Source: an uncultured Acidobacteriota bacterium
GTDB lineage: Bacteria > Acidobacteriota > Thermoanaerobaculia > Multivoradales > UBA5704
Assembly: GCA_963770895.1 (NCBI GenBank)
Contig: CAVYRF010000002.1
Span: 5,408,001 to 5,472,000 of the forward strand
Length of the DNA stretch: 64,000 nt
Direction of reading: 5' to 3'
A program made the position numbers and the translations under genes. The first letter of the stretch is position 1, and the number at the start of each line of letters is the position of its first letter. Of this stretch, positions 50,396-59,187 are shown one piece after another. The notes under the pieces are model-generated. The model worked only from the letters and a program-made list of their open reading frames with translations, did not search any database and was not told the origin of the DNA.

Positions 50396-52602
50396 TCGAC
50401 CTGGGGACGCGCGAGGCGCGGGCGCACCTGCTGACCGGCTGGTCGATCGACGAGCTGTGGCGCGGCAAGACGACGTTCGTGTGGGCGATGGGGCGGTCGG
50501 CGACGGTCCGCTTCACCCGCTTCACCTCCGGCCCTTTCACCCTCTACTTCCGCTGCCTGCCCTTTGCGCCGCCGGGCGGCGGGCCGCCGCAGGAGATCAC
50601 GACGCTGGTCAACGGCACGCAGGTGGGGACGACGCGCCTGGACGAGGCGGACTTCCAGACCTATGCGGTGGCGGTGCCGGCCGCCGCCCTGCGCTCGGGC
50701 GACAACCAGGTCGAGTTCCGCTTCGCCTGGTTTCGCGCCGAGCCGCCCGACCCCAACGGCGCCCCCGCACCGCGACGCATCGCCGTCGCCTGGGATTGGA
50801 TTGGCGTCGGCGTCAAGAGCGCCGCCGCCGCCGCCCCGGCTGCCGCGGTGCCGCCGCTGGTGCCGCGTGCCGGCGCGCTGCTGCTGCCTTTCCGCACGCG
50901 GGTGACGTTCTTCGTCGATGCGCAGCCGGGGAGCGTCCTGCGCTGGCGGTCGATCGCGGCGTGGAACGCGGGCAAGGCGGCGGCGGCGCCGGGAACGGCG
51001 GCAACGGCGGCGAGCGCCGGCGCGGCGGTCGAGGTGCAGGTGGATTGGGAGGGTGCCTCCGGGCACCCTGTGCGTTTCGAGCAAGCGAGCTTCGCCACGC
51101 CGGCGAACCTGCCGCTGACCAACCTCAAGACCGCCGCGGCCCGCGTGTCGTTCGTGGCCTGGCCGGGCAAGGGCGCCGACGGCGCGGCGGGCCTGCTGCT
51201 GGACGCTCCTGAGCTGGTGCCCGCCGGATGTCCCGAGGCAGCGGCGGCCGGCAGCGGCGCGCCGGCGACACCCGCCGGCGCGGCGGCGCCGAACGCCGGG
51301 GCCGCCGGCGGCGGGCCGGTCGGTGCGGCGCCCAACGTGGTGGTCTACATGATCGACACGCTGCGCGCCGACCACCTGGGCGTCTACGGCTATCCGCGGC
51401 CGATCTCACCCGAGATCGACGCCTTCGCCGCGCGCTCGACGGTGTTCACCCACGCCTTTGCGCAGTCCGGCTGGACCAAGAGCGCTGTCGCCACCATGCT
51501 GACCGGCCTCTATCCGCTGTCGCACGGCGTCCTGGACCGCATGGACGCCCTGCGCGAACCGGTGCGGACGCTGCCCCAGATGCTGCGCGCGGCGGGCTAT
51601 CAGACGCTCGGCATCTCCACCAATCCGGCGGTGTCGAGCGAGGCAGGTCTCACGCGCGGCTTCGATCGCTTTGTCGAGCTGGTCGATCGCGGCACCGTGC
51701 CGTTCGTCGCCCAGCCGTCCGACAAGGTGGATGCCGAGCTGTTCCGCTGGCTGGCCGAGCGCGACGCGGGGCGGCCGTTCTTTGCCTACCTGCACACCAT
51801 GGACGCGCACGAGCCCTACCTGCCGCCGCCGGCCTACCGCCAACGTTTCGCCGCCAAGGCCGACGCCGCGCTCTGCCGGCCGGCGCCCAAGGACGTCAGC
51901 GCTGCCCTGGCGGCGCGGCCGGGCCTGGGCAGGGACGGCATCCGCGACAACTTCGAGGCGCTGTACGACGCGCAGATCGCCCACAACGACAGCCAGTTCG
52001 GCCTGGTCCTGCGCCGCCTGCGCGATCTCGGCCTGTACGACAAGACGCTGGTGGTGCTGATCTCCGATCACGGCGAGGAGTTCCTGGATCACGGCCTGTT
52101 CGCCCACGGCCACAGCCTCTACCAGGAGATCCTGCACGTGCCGCTGATCGTCCATTGGCCGGACGCGCAGGACGCGGGCCGCCGGGTGGCGGCCCCGGCG
52201 CAGCAGATCGACCTGCTGCCGACGGCGCTGGCCGCCGCCGGCATCGCCGTGCCCGCCGCCTATCCGGGTGTGGACCTGCGCCGCCTGGCGCGGCAGGACG
52301 CCATGGCAGAGCGCGAGGTGGTCTCGGACCTCTCTCTGGCCGGCACCCGCATCTCCAGCCTGGTCACCGGCGGCATGCACCTGCTGGTCCGCGAGAGTCC
52401 CAACCCCGACGCGGAGCTGTACGACCTGGGGCGCGATCCGCGCGAGCAGCACGACGTCGCCGACCCCGCCGGCGTGCGCTTCGGCTTCCTGCTGAGCCGC
52501 CTGCGCACGCTCACCCGCGCGCAGAGCCGCGACGCCGCGCCGCGGACCTCGCCGATCCCGGCCGAGCTGGATCGGCAGTTGCGCTCCCTGGGCTACGTGT
52601 AG
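50392..52602 (+). CDS. Sulfatase-like (alkaline-phosphatase superfamily) hydrolase/transferase, possibly 5'-truncated
   Basis: PNVVVYMIDTLRADHLG, SGWTKSA-ATMLTG, YLHTMDAHEPY, SDHGEEF, HGHSLYQE and LRSLGYV. TTG overlaps the upstream stop and no signal peptide is seen. Confidence 0.85.
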   Translation: MIDLGTREARAHLLTGWSIDELWRGKTTFVWAMGRSATVRFTRFTSGPFTLYFRCLPFAPPGGGPPQEITTLVNGTQVGTTRLDEADFQTYAVAVPAAALRSGDNQVEFRFAWFRAEPPDPNGAPAPRRIAVAWDWIGVGVKSAAAAAPAAAVPPLVPRAGALLLPFRTRVTFFVDAQPGSVLRWRSIAAWNAGKAAAAPGTAATAASAGAAVEVQVDWEGASGHPVRFEQASFATPANLPLTNLKTAAARVSFVAWPGKGADGAAGLLLDAPELVPAGCPEAAAAGSGAPATPAGAAAPNAGAAGGGPVGAAPNVVVYMIDTLRADHLGVYGYPRPISPEIDAFAARSTVFTHAFAQSGWTKSAVATMLTGLYPLSHGVLDRMDALREPVRTLPQMLRAAGYQTLGISTNPAVSSEAGLTRGFDRFVELVDRGTVPFVAQPSDKVDAELFRWLAERDAGRPFFAYLHTMDAHEPYLPPPAYRQRFAAKADAALCRPAPKDVSAALAARPGLGRDGIRDNFEALYDAQIAHNDSQFGLVLRRLRDLGLYDKTLVVLISDHGEEFLDHGLFAHGHSLYQEILHVPLIVHWPDAQDAGRRVAAPAQQIDLLPTALAAAGIAVPAAYPGVDLRRLARQDAMAEREVVSDLSLAGTRISSLVTGGMHLLVRESPNPDAELYDLGRDPREQHDVADPAGVRFGFLLSRLRTLTRAQSRDAAPRTSPIPAELDRQLRSLGYV

Positions 52603-53396
52603 GCCTGTCGGTCCTGCCACTCTGCAGGCGGCGGGGTCGCGCTGCCGGCGGCGAGCGCCGGGAGCAGGGCGCCGCGCAGGCGTACGACTTCGCCGATGAC
52701 CACGGTGGCGGGGGAGCCGATGCCGGCGGCGAGCGCGTCGGCGGCGATCGTGGCCAGGGTGCCGGTGAGCACGCGCTGGGTTGGCGAGGCGCCGTTTTGG
52801 ATCACCGCCGCCGGGGTGGCGGCGGGCTTGCCCTGGGCGCGCAGCCGGGCGGTGATGTCGGCGAGGTGCGCCGCCCCCATGAGCACGACCAGGGTGTCGA
52901 CGCGGGCGAGCGCGGCCCAGTCGGCGCCGTCGCCGTCCGCCGCGCGGTGGCCGGTGACGACGGCGAACGAGGCGGCCACGCCGCGGTGGGTGACCGGGAT
53001 GGCGGCCAGCGCCGGCACCGCGACGGCGCTGCTGATCCCCGGCACCACCTCCCAGGGGACGCCGGCGGCGGCGCAGGCCAGGGCCTCTTCGCCGCCGCGT
53101 CCGAAGACGAAGGGGTCGCCGCCCTTGAGGCGCACCACCAGATGGCCGCCGCGGGCGTGGCGCACCAGCAGGGCATTGATCTCATCCTGGCGCAGCGCCT
53201 GCCGTCCAGGGCCCTTGCCGGCATAGACGCGGCGGGCTTGCGGCGGCGCCTCATCCAGCAGGCGGCGATCGACCAGCCGGTCGTAGACCACGATGGCCGC
53301 CTGGCGCAGGCAGCGCAAGCCGCGCACCGTCAGCAGGTCGGGGTCGCCGGGCCCGGCTCCCAGCCGGACCACGCGGCCGCCCTCAGGGTGGGGCAT
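52593..53396 (-). CDS. cobA: Uroporphyrinogen-III C-methyltransferase
   Basis: GAGPGDPDLLT, VYDRLV, VRLKGGDPFVFGRGGEE and VPGISS. Confidence 0.95.
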   Translation of the reverse strand: MPHPEGGRVVRLGAGPGDPDLLTVRGLRCLRQAAIVVYDRLVDRRLLDEAPPQARRVYAGKGPGRQALRQDEINALLVRHARGGHLVVRLKGGDPFVFGRGGEEALACAAAGVPWEVVPGISSAVAVPALAAIPVTHRGVAASFAVVTGHRAADGDGADWAALARVDTLVVLMGAAHLADITARLRAQGKPAATPAAVIQNGASPTQRVLTGTLATIAADALAAGIGSPATVVIGEVVRLRGALLPALAAGSATPPPAEWQDRQAYT

Positions 53397-54156
53397 GGTC
53401 GATCTCCAGGATTTCTGCGCAGCGACGGCGGGCGGCCGCTTCGTCGCCGCGGTGCAGCAGGTGCAGCACGTCGGAATCGACCAGCCGGTACCACAGCTCG
53501 CGCCGGCGGGCGAAGCCGGGGTGGCGCGCCGCGACCTGGGCGCGCAGCGTGCCGGCCAGCTGGAGGAAGCGTGCGTAGTGCGGCCCCAGCTGGCGCTCCA
53601 GCGCCTGACGCAGGCGCACCGCCAGTGCCGGCGCCTTGCCGGAGGTCGAGATCGCCACCACCAGGTCGCCCTGGCGCGCCACCGACCCGGCGATGAAGCT
53701 GGAGCGCCGCGGGTCGTCGACGCTGTTGAACGGAATGCCGCGCCGGGTCGCCTCCTGCCATGCCGCCTCGACCTCCGCTTCGCGCCGGCCGGCCGCACCC
53801 ATTCCAGCGTTGCCCGCGTCGCCCGCGTCGGTCGCGCCGGTCGCGGCGGCGGCTTCCTCCGCGGCGGTGGTGCCCTGGGCGATCGGCTCGCAGGCGGCGA
53901 TCGCCAGAAAGGCTCCCGCCAGGTCGCCGGTGCGGAAGGGGCGGCGGCGCAGCGCCAGCTGACCCGTGCGAGCCAGCTGCTCGATGCCGGCAGCGGGCGC
54001 CGCCGCGACGACGGTGACGCGGGCGCCGGCGGCGCACAGCTCGCGCGCCTTGCCTTCGGCCAGGGGGCCGCCGCCCACGATCACGCAGGGGCGATGGCGC
54101 AGGTCCAGGAAGACCGGGTGGTAGTGCGCGGGCGGCGCCGGGTCGGGAGCGGTCAT
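53383..54156 (-). CDS. cysG: Precorrin-2 dehydrogenase/sirohydrochlorin ferrochelatase (CysG N-terminal part)
   Basis: PVFLDL...VIVGGG, FNSVDDP, VAISTSGKAPALA and RRELW. Confidence 0.9.
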   Translation of the reverse strand: MTAPDPAPPAHYHPVFLDLRHRPCVIVGGGPLAEGKARELCAAGARVTVVAAAPAAGIEQLARTGQLALRRRPFRTGDLAGAFLAIAACEPIAQGTTAAEEAAAATGATDAGDAGNAGMGAAGRREAEVEAAWQEATRRGIPFNSVDDPRRSSFIAGSVARQGDLVVAISTSGKAPALAVRLRQALERQLGPHYARFLQLAGTLRAQVAARHPGFARRRELWYRLVDSDVLHLLHRGDEAAARRRCAEILEIDHAPP

Positions 54157-54168
54157 CGGCTGCACAGG

Positions 54169-54666
54169 TCAAAGGTCGACGCCGAGGTGGGTCACCTGCA
54201 CGCCGTCGCGGCCCACTTCCAGCGTCACCTGGCAGCGCGCGGTGGCAATTTGAAGTCGGACCGTGCCGGGCGCCGCCACCGAGAAGGACAGCTGGTCCAG
54301 GCGTTGGCCGGCGAGCGCCGCGACGGCGCGGTTGGCGTCCTCCGCCGACTGGCGCAGCGCGGTGCCGGCGGGGGTCTGCGCGAACAGCCGCTGCAGGGCG
54401 CCGGCATCCTGCGGGCCGTGGCGGCGGCGCGCCCGGCCGGTGGCGAGCGACATCTCCAGGACGGCCCCCAGGCGGTCCGCCAGCGGCGTCGGCACCTCGC
54501 CGGCGGCGACCGCCGCCGCCAGCTCGTCGTAGCGGGCGCGCGCCTGCGGTTGCGGGATCGCCTGGCGCAGGGCGCCGATCTCTTCCAGGACCAGCTCGCG
54601 CAGCGCCGGATCGATGCGGATGGCCGGCTGCCGGGCGGCGTCTGCGGCGTCTTCAGGCGCCGCCAT
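54169..54666 (-). CDS. Hypothetical protein within the cys operon
   Basis: 165-aa ORF packed between cysH and cysG with 3-12 nt gaps. GGGAG RBS and typical codon usage. Confidence 0.75.
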   Translation of the reverse strand: MAAPEDAADAARQPAIRIDPALRELVLEEIGALRQAIPQPQARARYDELAAAVAAGEVPTPLADRLGAVLEMSLATGRARRRHGPQDAGALQRLFAQTPAGTALRQSAEDANRAVAALAGQRLDQLSFSVAAPGTVRLQIATARCQVTLEVGRDGVQVTHLGVDL

Positions 54667-54669
54667 CGG

Positions 54670-55581
54670 TCAGGCTCCCCCCTGGGGCAGGAGGGCCTCC
54701 AGCTCGTGCTCCAGGCCGCCGGTTTCGAGCGGGCAGTGGATTCCGCACTCCTTGGGGGCGTTGTGTTCCCACCACCAGCGGCCGGCGCGCGGGTCTTCGC
54801 CGGCGGCGGTGGGGCGGGTGCAGGGGGCGCAGCCGATGCTGGTGTAGCCCTGGGCGTAGAGCGGGTGCACGGGCACGTCGTGGTCGCGGTTGTAGTCGCG
54901 CACCTCGTCGGCCGTCCAGTCGGCCAGCGGGTTGAGCTTGGCGATGCCGCCGTGGTCGTGATCGATCTCGATCTTGCGGATGCCGGCGCGGCTCGCCCAT
55001 TGATCGCGGCGCAGGCCGGTGACCCAGGCGTCCAGGTGGTCCAGGGCGGCGCGGATGGGGTCGACCTTGCGCACGGCGCAGCAGGTCAGGCGGGCTTCGA
55101 CCGAGCGGCGGAACAAGTTGGGACCCAACCGCGTGGTCAGGCGCGCCAGACGGGCGGCGTCGGGCACGCAGATTTCGATCGCGACGCCATAGCGGTCGCG
55201 AACCTGCTCCATCGCGTCGTAGGTCTCCTGCGGCAGGCGCCCGGTATCGACGGTGAACAGCCGCACCCGCGGATCGATGCGCCAGGCCATGTCGAAGAGC
55301 GCCATGCCCTCGGCCTGGAAGCTGGTGCAGACGGCGAGGTGGGGATGCCAGCGCTCGATCGCCCATGCCAGCAGCTCCTGCGGTGCGGCGGCGTCGAAGT
55401 CGTTGGCCAGCTGGCCGGCTTCGTAGTCGTCCAGCGGCTCGCTACGCGCCGCTGCCGGCGGGGTCGCGCCGGCCGGGCGGAGGAGCGTCGTGCTGCCGGC
55501 GGGCCTGGCATCGGCGCCGGCGATGCCAGGGGCGAGGCCGGCGGCGAGTTGGGTTGGGGCGGCAATGGGTTCGTGGATCAT
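54670..55581 (-). CDS. cysH: APS/PAPS reductase (Fe-S, APS-reductase type)
   Basis: VDTGRL, TCCAVRKV, WVTGLRRDQ, SIGCAPCT, RAGRWWWE and KECGIH. GAGGA upstream of ATG 55581. Confidence 0.93.
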   Translation of the reverse strand: MIHEPIAAPTQLAAGLAPGIAGADARPAGSTTLLRPAGATPPAAARSEPLDDYEAGQLANDFDAAAPQELLAWAIERWHPHLAVCTSFQAEGMALFDMAWRIDPRVRLFTVDTGRLPQETYDAMEQVRDRYGVAIEICVPDAARLARLTTRLGPNLFRRSVEARLTCCAVRKVDPIRAALDHLDAWVTGLRRDQWASRAGIRKIEIDHDHGGIAKLNPLADWTADEVRDYNRDHDVPVHPLYAQGYTSIGCAPCTRPTAAGEDPRAGRWWWEHNAPKECGIHCPLETGGLEHELEALLPQGGA

Positions 55582-55616
55582 CGGTTCCTCCGGCCTTGGT
55601 AGCTGCGGCGGCGCGG

Positions 55617-57293
55617 TCACTCGGTCTGGTGGTCGTCGCGGTTGTGCGCCGGCGCCGTGGGCGCCGTGGGCATGACGCCGGCCATCGCGGCCAGCTGCTG
55701 GTCGCTGTGACGGATGAAGAACTGCTGGATGCGCTCGCCCGCGGCGCGGCCGTCGAGCCAGGCGCGGCACAGGCCCTCGATCGCCAGGTGGACGATCTCG
55801 CCGGGCACGCGCCGCAGCACCGGCCGGCCGATCGCCGCGTCGCGGCCCAGGCCGCCGCGCAGGAACAGGTCGTAGCCCTGCTGCCGCTCGCCGCCCGGAC
55901 CGCGCTCGCGCAGCGTGGTGCCCTGCAGGCCGATGTCGCCGATCCAGTGATGGGCGCAGGCGTGCGGGCAGCCGTCCAGGTTGAGGCGCAGGTCGCCCAG
56001 CGCCGCCGCCCGGTCGCCGAAAGCTTCTTCCAGGTGCTCGACGATCTGGCGCAGGCGCCCCTTGGTCTCGGCGACGGTGAAGTTGCAGAACGGGTTGCCG
56101 GTGCAGGCGATGGCCTGCCGCCGCAGGCTGCCGGCGGCGAGCGGGAAGCCGATCCGCCCGACTCGCTCGATCAGTTGGGCCGCGCGCTCCGCCGGGATCC
56201 CCGAGACGACGAAGTTCTGCCGGCGGGTGAGGCGGATCTCACCTGCGGGTCCGGCGATCTCTTCGGCCGCGTCGGCCAGCCGCTGCATCTGCTCGCCGCT
56301 CATCAGGCCGAGGTAGACCGGGAAGCCGGCGTAGACCAGGCCGGGCTGGCGCTGCGGATGCAGGCCGCCGTGCTCCAGCTCGTCGACCGGCGGCGCGGGC
56401 ACGGCGCCGTCCGCGAGCGGGCGGCCCAGGCGCTCTTCGACGCGCTGGCGAAAGCGCTGCGGGCCGAGGTCGTCGACCATGAACTTGAGGCGGGCGCGCG
56501 CCCGCGACAGGCGGTAGCGGCGGTCTTCGCGCCACACGTCCAGGATCGCCCGCAACACCTCGATGCCGGCGTCGCGCGGCACGAAGACCCCGAGGTCGTC
56601 CGCCAGGCGCGGCCAGGTGGAAAGGCCGCCGCCCACCCGGACCGCGAAACCGGGCACGCCGTGGCGCAGGTGGCCGATGAGAGCGATGCAGTGCATCTCG
56701 GGGGCGTTGCACTGCCGCGGGCAGGCGGCGATGGTGATCTTGTGTTTGCGCGGCAGGTCGGAGTACTCGCGGTGGCGCAGGAAGGTGTCGGCCGCTTCCC
56801 GCACCAGCTCGCGGCAGTCGAACAGCTCGTCGTGGTCGATGCCGGCGACCGGGCAGCCGGTGATGTTGCGCACGTTGTCGCCGCAGGCGCCGGCGGTGGT
56901 CAGGCCGCCGGCGTCGAGCGTCGCCAGCACCTCCGGCAGGCAGGCCATCGCCAGCCAGTGGAGCTGGATGTTCTGGCGCGTGGTCAGCTCGCCGTGGCCG
57001 CGCCCGAACCGCTGCGAGATGCCGCCCAGGGTGCGCAGGGCGCCGGGGGTGAGGATGCCGCCGGGCACCTTGACCCGCATCATGAACGACCCCACCTTGG
57101 GCTTGTCGTGGTACAGGCCGTACCACTGGAGGCGCACCATGTCCTCCTCTGGAACCGCTTCGTAACCGGCGGCGACCATCGCCGGCAGGTCGTCGAGGAC
57201 CGCCAGACCGCCTTTTTCGTGCTTCAGGCGCTCCACCAGGTTGCGCTTGCGGACCAGCTCCCAATCGGGTTCGACTTCGGGCGCCTTGGGCAT
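55617..57293 (-). CDS. cysI: Siroheme/4Fe-4S sulfite (nitrite/sulfite) reductase
   Basis: LTTRQNIQLH, GDNVRN, LPRKHK, ACTGNPFC and GCPHAC. GGAGGAG RBS. Clustered with cysH and cysG. Confidence 0.92.
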   Translation of the reverse strand: MPKAPEVEPDWELVRKRNLVERLKHEKGGLAVLDDLPAMVAAGYEAVPEEDMVRLQWYGLYHDKPKVGSFMMRVKVPGGILTPGALRTLGGISQRFGRGHGELTTRQNIQLHWLAMACLPEVLATLDAGGLTTAGACGDNVRNITGCPVAGIDHDELFDCRELVREAADTFLRHREYSDLPRKHKITIAACPRQCNAPEMHCIALIGHLRHGVPGFAVRVGGGLSTWPRLADDLGVFVPRDAGIEVLRAILDVWREDRRYRLSRARARLKFMVDDLGPQRFRQRVEERLGRPLADGAVPAPPVDELEHGGLHPQRQPGLVYAGFPVYLGLMSGEQMQRLADAAEEIAGPAGEIRLTRRQNFVVSGIPAERAAQLIERVGRIGFPLAAGSLRRQAIACTGNPFCNFTVAETKGRLRQIVEHLEEAFGDRAAALGDLRLNLDGCPHACAHHWIGDIGLQGTTLRERGPGGERQQGYDLFLRGGLGRDAAIGRPVLRRVPGEIVHLAIEGLCRAWLDGRAAGERIQQFFIRHSDQQLAAMAGVMPTAPTAPAHNRDDHQTE

Positions 57294-57518
57294 CCAGCTC
57301 CTCCTGCGGTGCGGCCTGCTCGTTCAAATTCCTGGCTGCTCGCTTGCCGGCAGCGCCGGCACCAGGCGCAGCGCTGCCAGCCGCGGCTCCGGCGCCGCAT
57401 TTGCGGGGCGGCCGGCGCTCGCGCGTCGTCGCGGTGAGGGGCCGCGCCTGACGTCCGCGCGGCTCCTGTCTGGATGGGGGCGGAGGATGCGGGAGTGGGC
57501 GGGTCTAGGAACCGGCGC

Positions 57519-57605
57519 TCACCCCCGCTTGCTACAGGTGCAACAGGGGACGTTGCGGCCTGGGCGTGAGCGGGGGGAACGGGGCATCGATGCAGTCGGT
57601 TCCAT
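57519..57605 (-). CDS. Putative cysteine-sensing leader peptide MEPTASMPRSPRSRPGRNVPCCTCSKRG
   Basis: Short ORF with a TGT-TGC-ACC-TGT cluster, 9 nt downstream of an extended -10 box and upstream of the cys operon. Alternative start at 57587. Confidence 0.65.
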   Translation of the reverse strand: MEPTASMPRSPRSRPGRNVPCCTCSKRG

Positions 57606-58284
57606 TTGCGACCAATTCTATCACCAATTGGGAACCGGGATGCAACCTGCCTAGCTCGCGGTAGTTCGCGGCCGTGACGGGCCAGCGCGCAAAGTAGCCG
57701 TCTGCCCAGACCAGGTTCTGGGAACGGTCGGAGGCGGCGAAGGGGCCGATGGTGTAGGTGTCGGCGGCGAAGCGGCGGTCGGCGCCGCCGGTACGAATGA
57801 CCATCGTCTGCCGGGCGTCGGGATCCTGGGTGTTGAGGCGGTATTCGTAGGCTCCGCCCCAGGGGTCGGTCCGCGGCAGGCTCTTGAGGTATTTGGGCAC
57901 CAGCAGACTCTGCAGGCTCTGATAGGAGATGAGCGGCACGCGGGTGACGTCGACGGCGGTCGGCGCCGGCGGCTTGCCATCCGTCCGGTGCGTCCGGCGG
58001 GGTGCCATCTCCGCTGCGTACCAACCGAACATGGCCGTGCCCACGTTGCGCAGGTCGCGGATGGCCAGTTGCAGGGCGGCGTTCTGGTCCGCCGTGGACG
58101 CCGCGGCATCCACCGCCGAGGCGGCGGCAGCGGCCGGCGAGCTCGCTGCGGCATCGGGCGCGGTCGCTGCTGCTGCGCCGGCCGGGAGGCGCAGGCAGAG
58201 GGCCAGCGCGCCCAGCGCTCCCATGGCGACGTTGAACAGCCGGGTCGACGGTGGCGCGACGGCGCGATTCCAGCGTTGTTGCAT
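57532..58284 (-). CDS. Secreted GspG/type II secretion pseudopilin-like protein
   Basis: CAGGAG RBS. IRDLRNVGTAM, LVPKYLKSLPRTDPWG-AYEY, IRTGGAD and LVWADGYFARWP. The tail runs over the cys promoter. Confidence 0.65.
   Translation of the reverse strand: MQQRWNRAVAPPSTRLFNVAMGALGALALCLRLPAGAAAATAPDAAASSPAAAAASAVDAAASTADQNAALQLAIRDLRNVGTAMFGWYAAEMAPRRTHRTDGKPPAPTAVDVTRVPLISYQSLQSLLVPKYLKSLPRTDPWGGAYEYRLNTQDPDARQTMVIRTGGADRRFAADTYTIGPFAASDRSQNLVWADGYFARWPVTAANYRELGRLHPGSQLVIELVANGTDCIDAPFPPLTPRPQRPLLHL
57615..57645 (-). promoter_or_regulatory. sigma70-like promoter of the cys operon
   Basis: Minus strand reads TTGCAT-N19-TAGAAT with TGn extension. An imperfect inverted repeat GGTTCC...GGAACC flanks the -10. 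Confidence 0.55.
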
Positions 58285-58392
58285 GGCGGTCTCCTGGTCG
58301 CGGTCCGCCGCGCGTGGCGGGATTGCCGGGTGGGGCAGACGGCGCCTTGGTGTCGCTATAGACACGCGCGCCGCGGCGATCGCAACCCCTGT

Positions 58393-59187
58393 TCAGCGCG
58401 CCGGCGTTTCGCGGTGCAGGGCGCTTTCGTGCCAGCGGCGGAGCAGCAGGTGGGAGACGGCGGCCAGAGCGGCGTAGAGGGCGACGCCGGCGGCGGCGAG
58501 CAGCGCCAGGGCGGCGAACATGCGCGGGATCTGCAGGTTGTAACCGGCTTCGAGGATGCGGTAGGCCAGGCCCGAGGCGGTGCCGCCGCTGCCGGCGACG
58601 AATTCGGCGACCACGGCGCCGATGAGGGCCAGGCCGCCGCTGATGCGCAGGCCGGCGAGGAAGTGGGGCAGGGCGCCGGGCAGGCGGACGGTGCGCAGCA
58701 CCTGCCAGCGGGAGGCGCCGTACAGCCGCAGCAGGTCGAGCAGGTTGTGGTCGGCGCTCTGCAGGCCCAAGGCAGTATTGGAGACCACTGGAAAGAAGGC
58801 GACCAGAAATGCGCACAGTGCGAGCGCCAGGTGCACGTTTTTGACCCAGATCAGCAGCAGCGGGGCGATGGCGACCAGCGGCGTCACCTGCAGGATGACC
58901 GCGAAGGGGAAGAGGCTGCGTTCCACCCAGCGCGCCTGGGTGATCAGGATCGCCAGCGTCGCTCCCAGGACGGCGGCGGCGGCCAGGGCCTGGGCGGTGA
59001 CGGCGAGGGTGGCCAGGAGCGACGGGTAGAGCAGCGGCCAGTCGGCGCGCAGCGCGGCGGCGATGCGCAGCGGGCCGGGGAGCAGGTATTCGGGGATGTG
59101 GCGCAGGCGCACCCAGGCCTCCCATGCGGCCAGGACCAGGGTGACGACCAGGACCGGCGGCAGGCCGGCGCGCAGCAGGCGCCTCAT
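58393..59187 (-). CDS. ABC transporter permease (NitT/TauT/SsuC family)
   Basis: LQVTPLVAIAPL, FFPVVSNT and GAVVAEF. ATGA overlap with the ATPase. Confidence 0.92.
   Translation of the reverse strand: MRRLLRAGLPPVLVVTLVLAAWEAWVRLRHIPEYLLPGPLRIAAALRADWPLLYPSLLATLAVTAQALAAAAVLGATLAILITQARWVERSLFPFAVILQVTPLVAIAPLLLIWVKNVHLALALCAFLVAFFPVVSNTALGLQSADHNLLDLLRLYGASRWQVLRTVRLPGALPHFLAGLRISGGLALIGAVVAEFVAGSGGTASGLAYRILEAGYNLQIPRMFAALALLAAAGVALYAALAAVSHLLLRRWHESALHRETPAR

Noticed and set aside
57294..57520. SAM riboswitch or T-box upstream of cysI
   Set aside because: I could not find the SAM-I (ATC-AGAG...GGCAACC...GTGC) or T-box consensus. An Rfam scan was not possible.
57532..57650. C-terminal extension of the GspG-like protein as a functional domain
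   Set aside because: It overlaps promoter and leader sequence, and a TAG sits one base out of frame at 57651. It is likely run-on.
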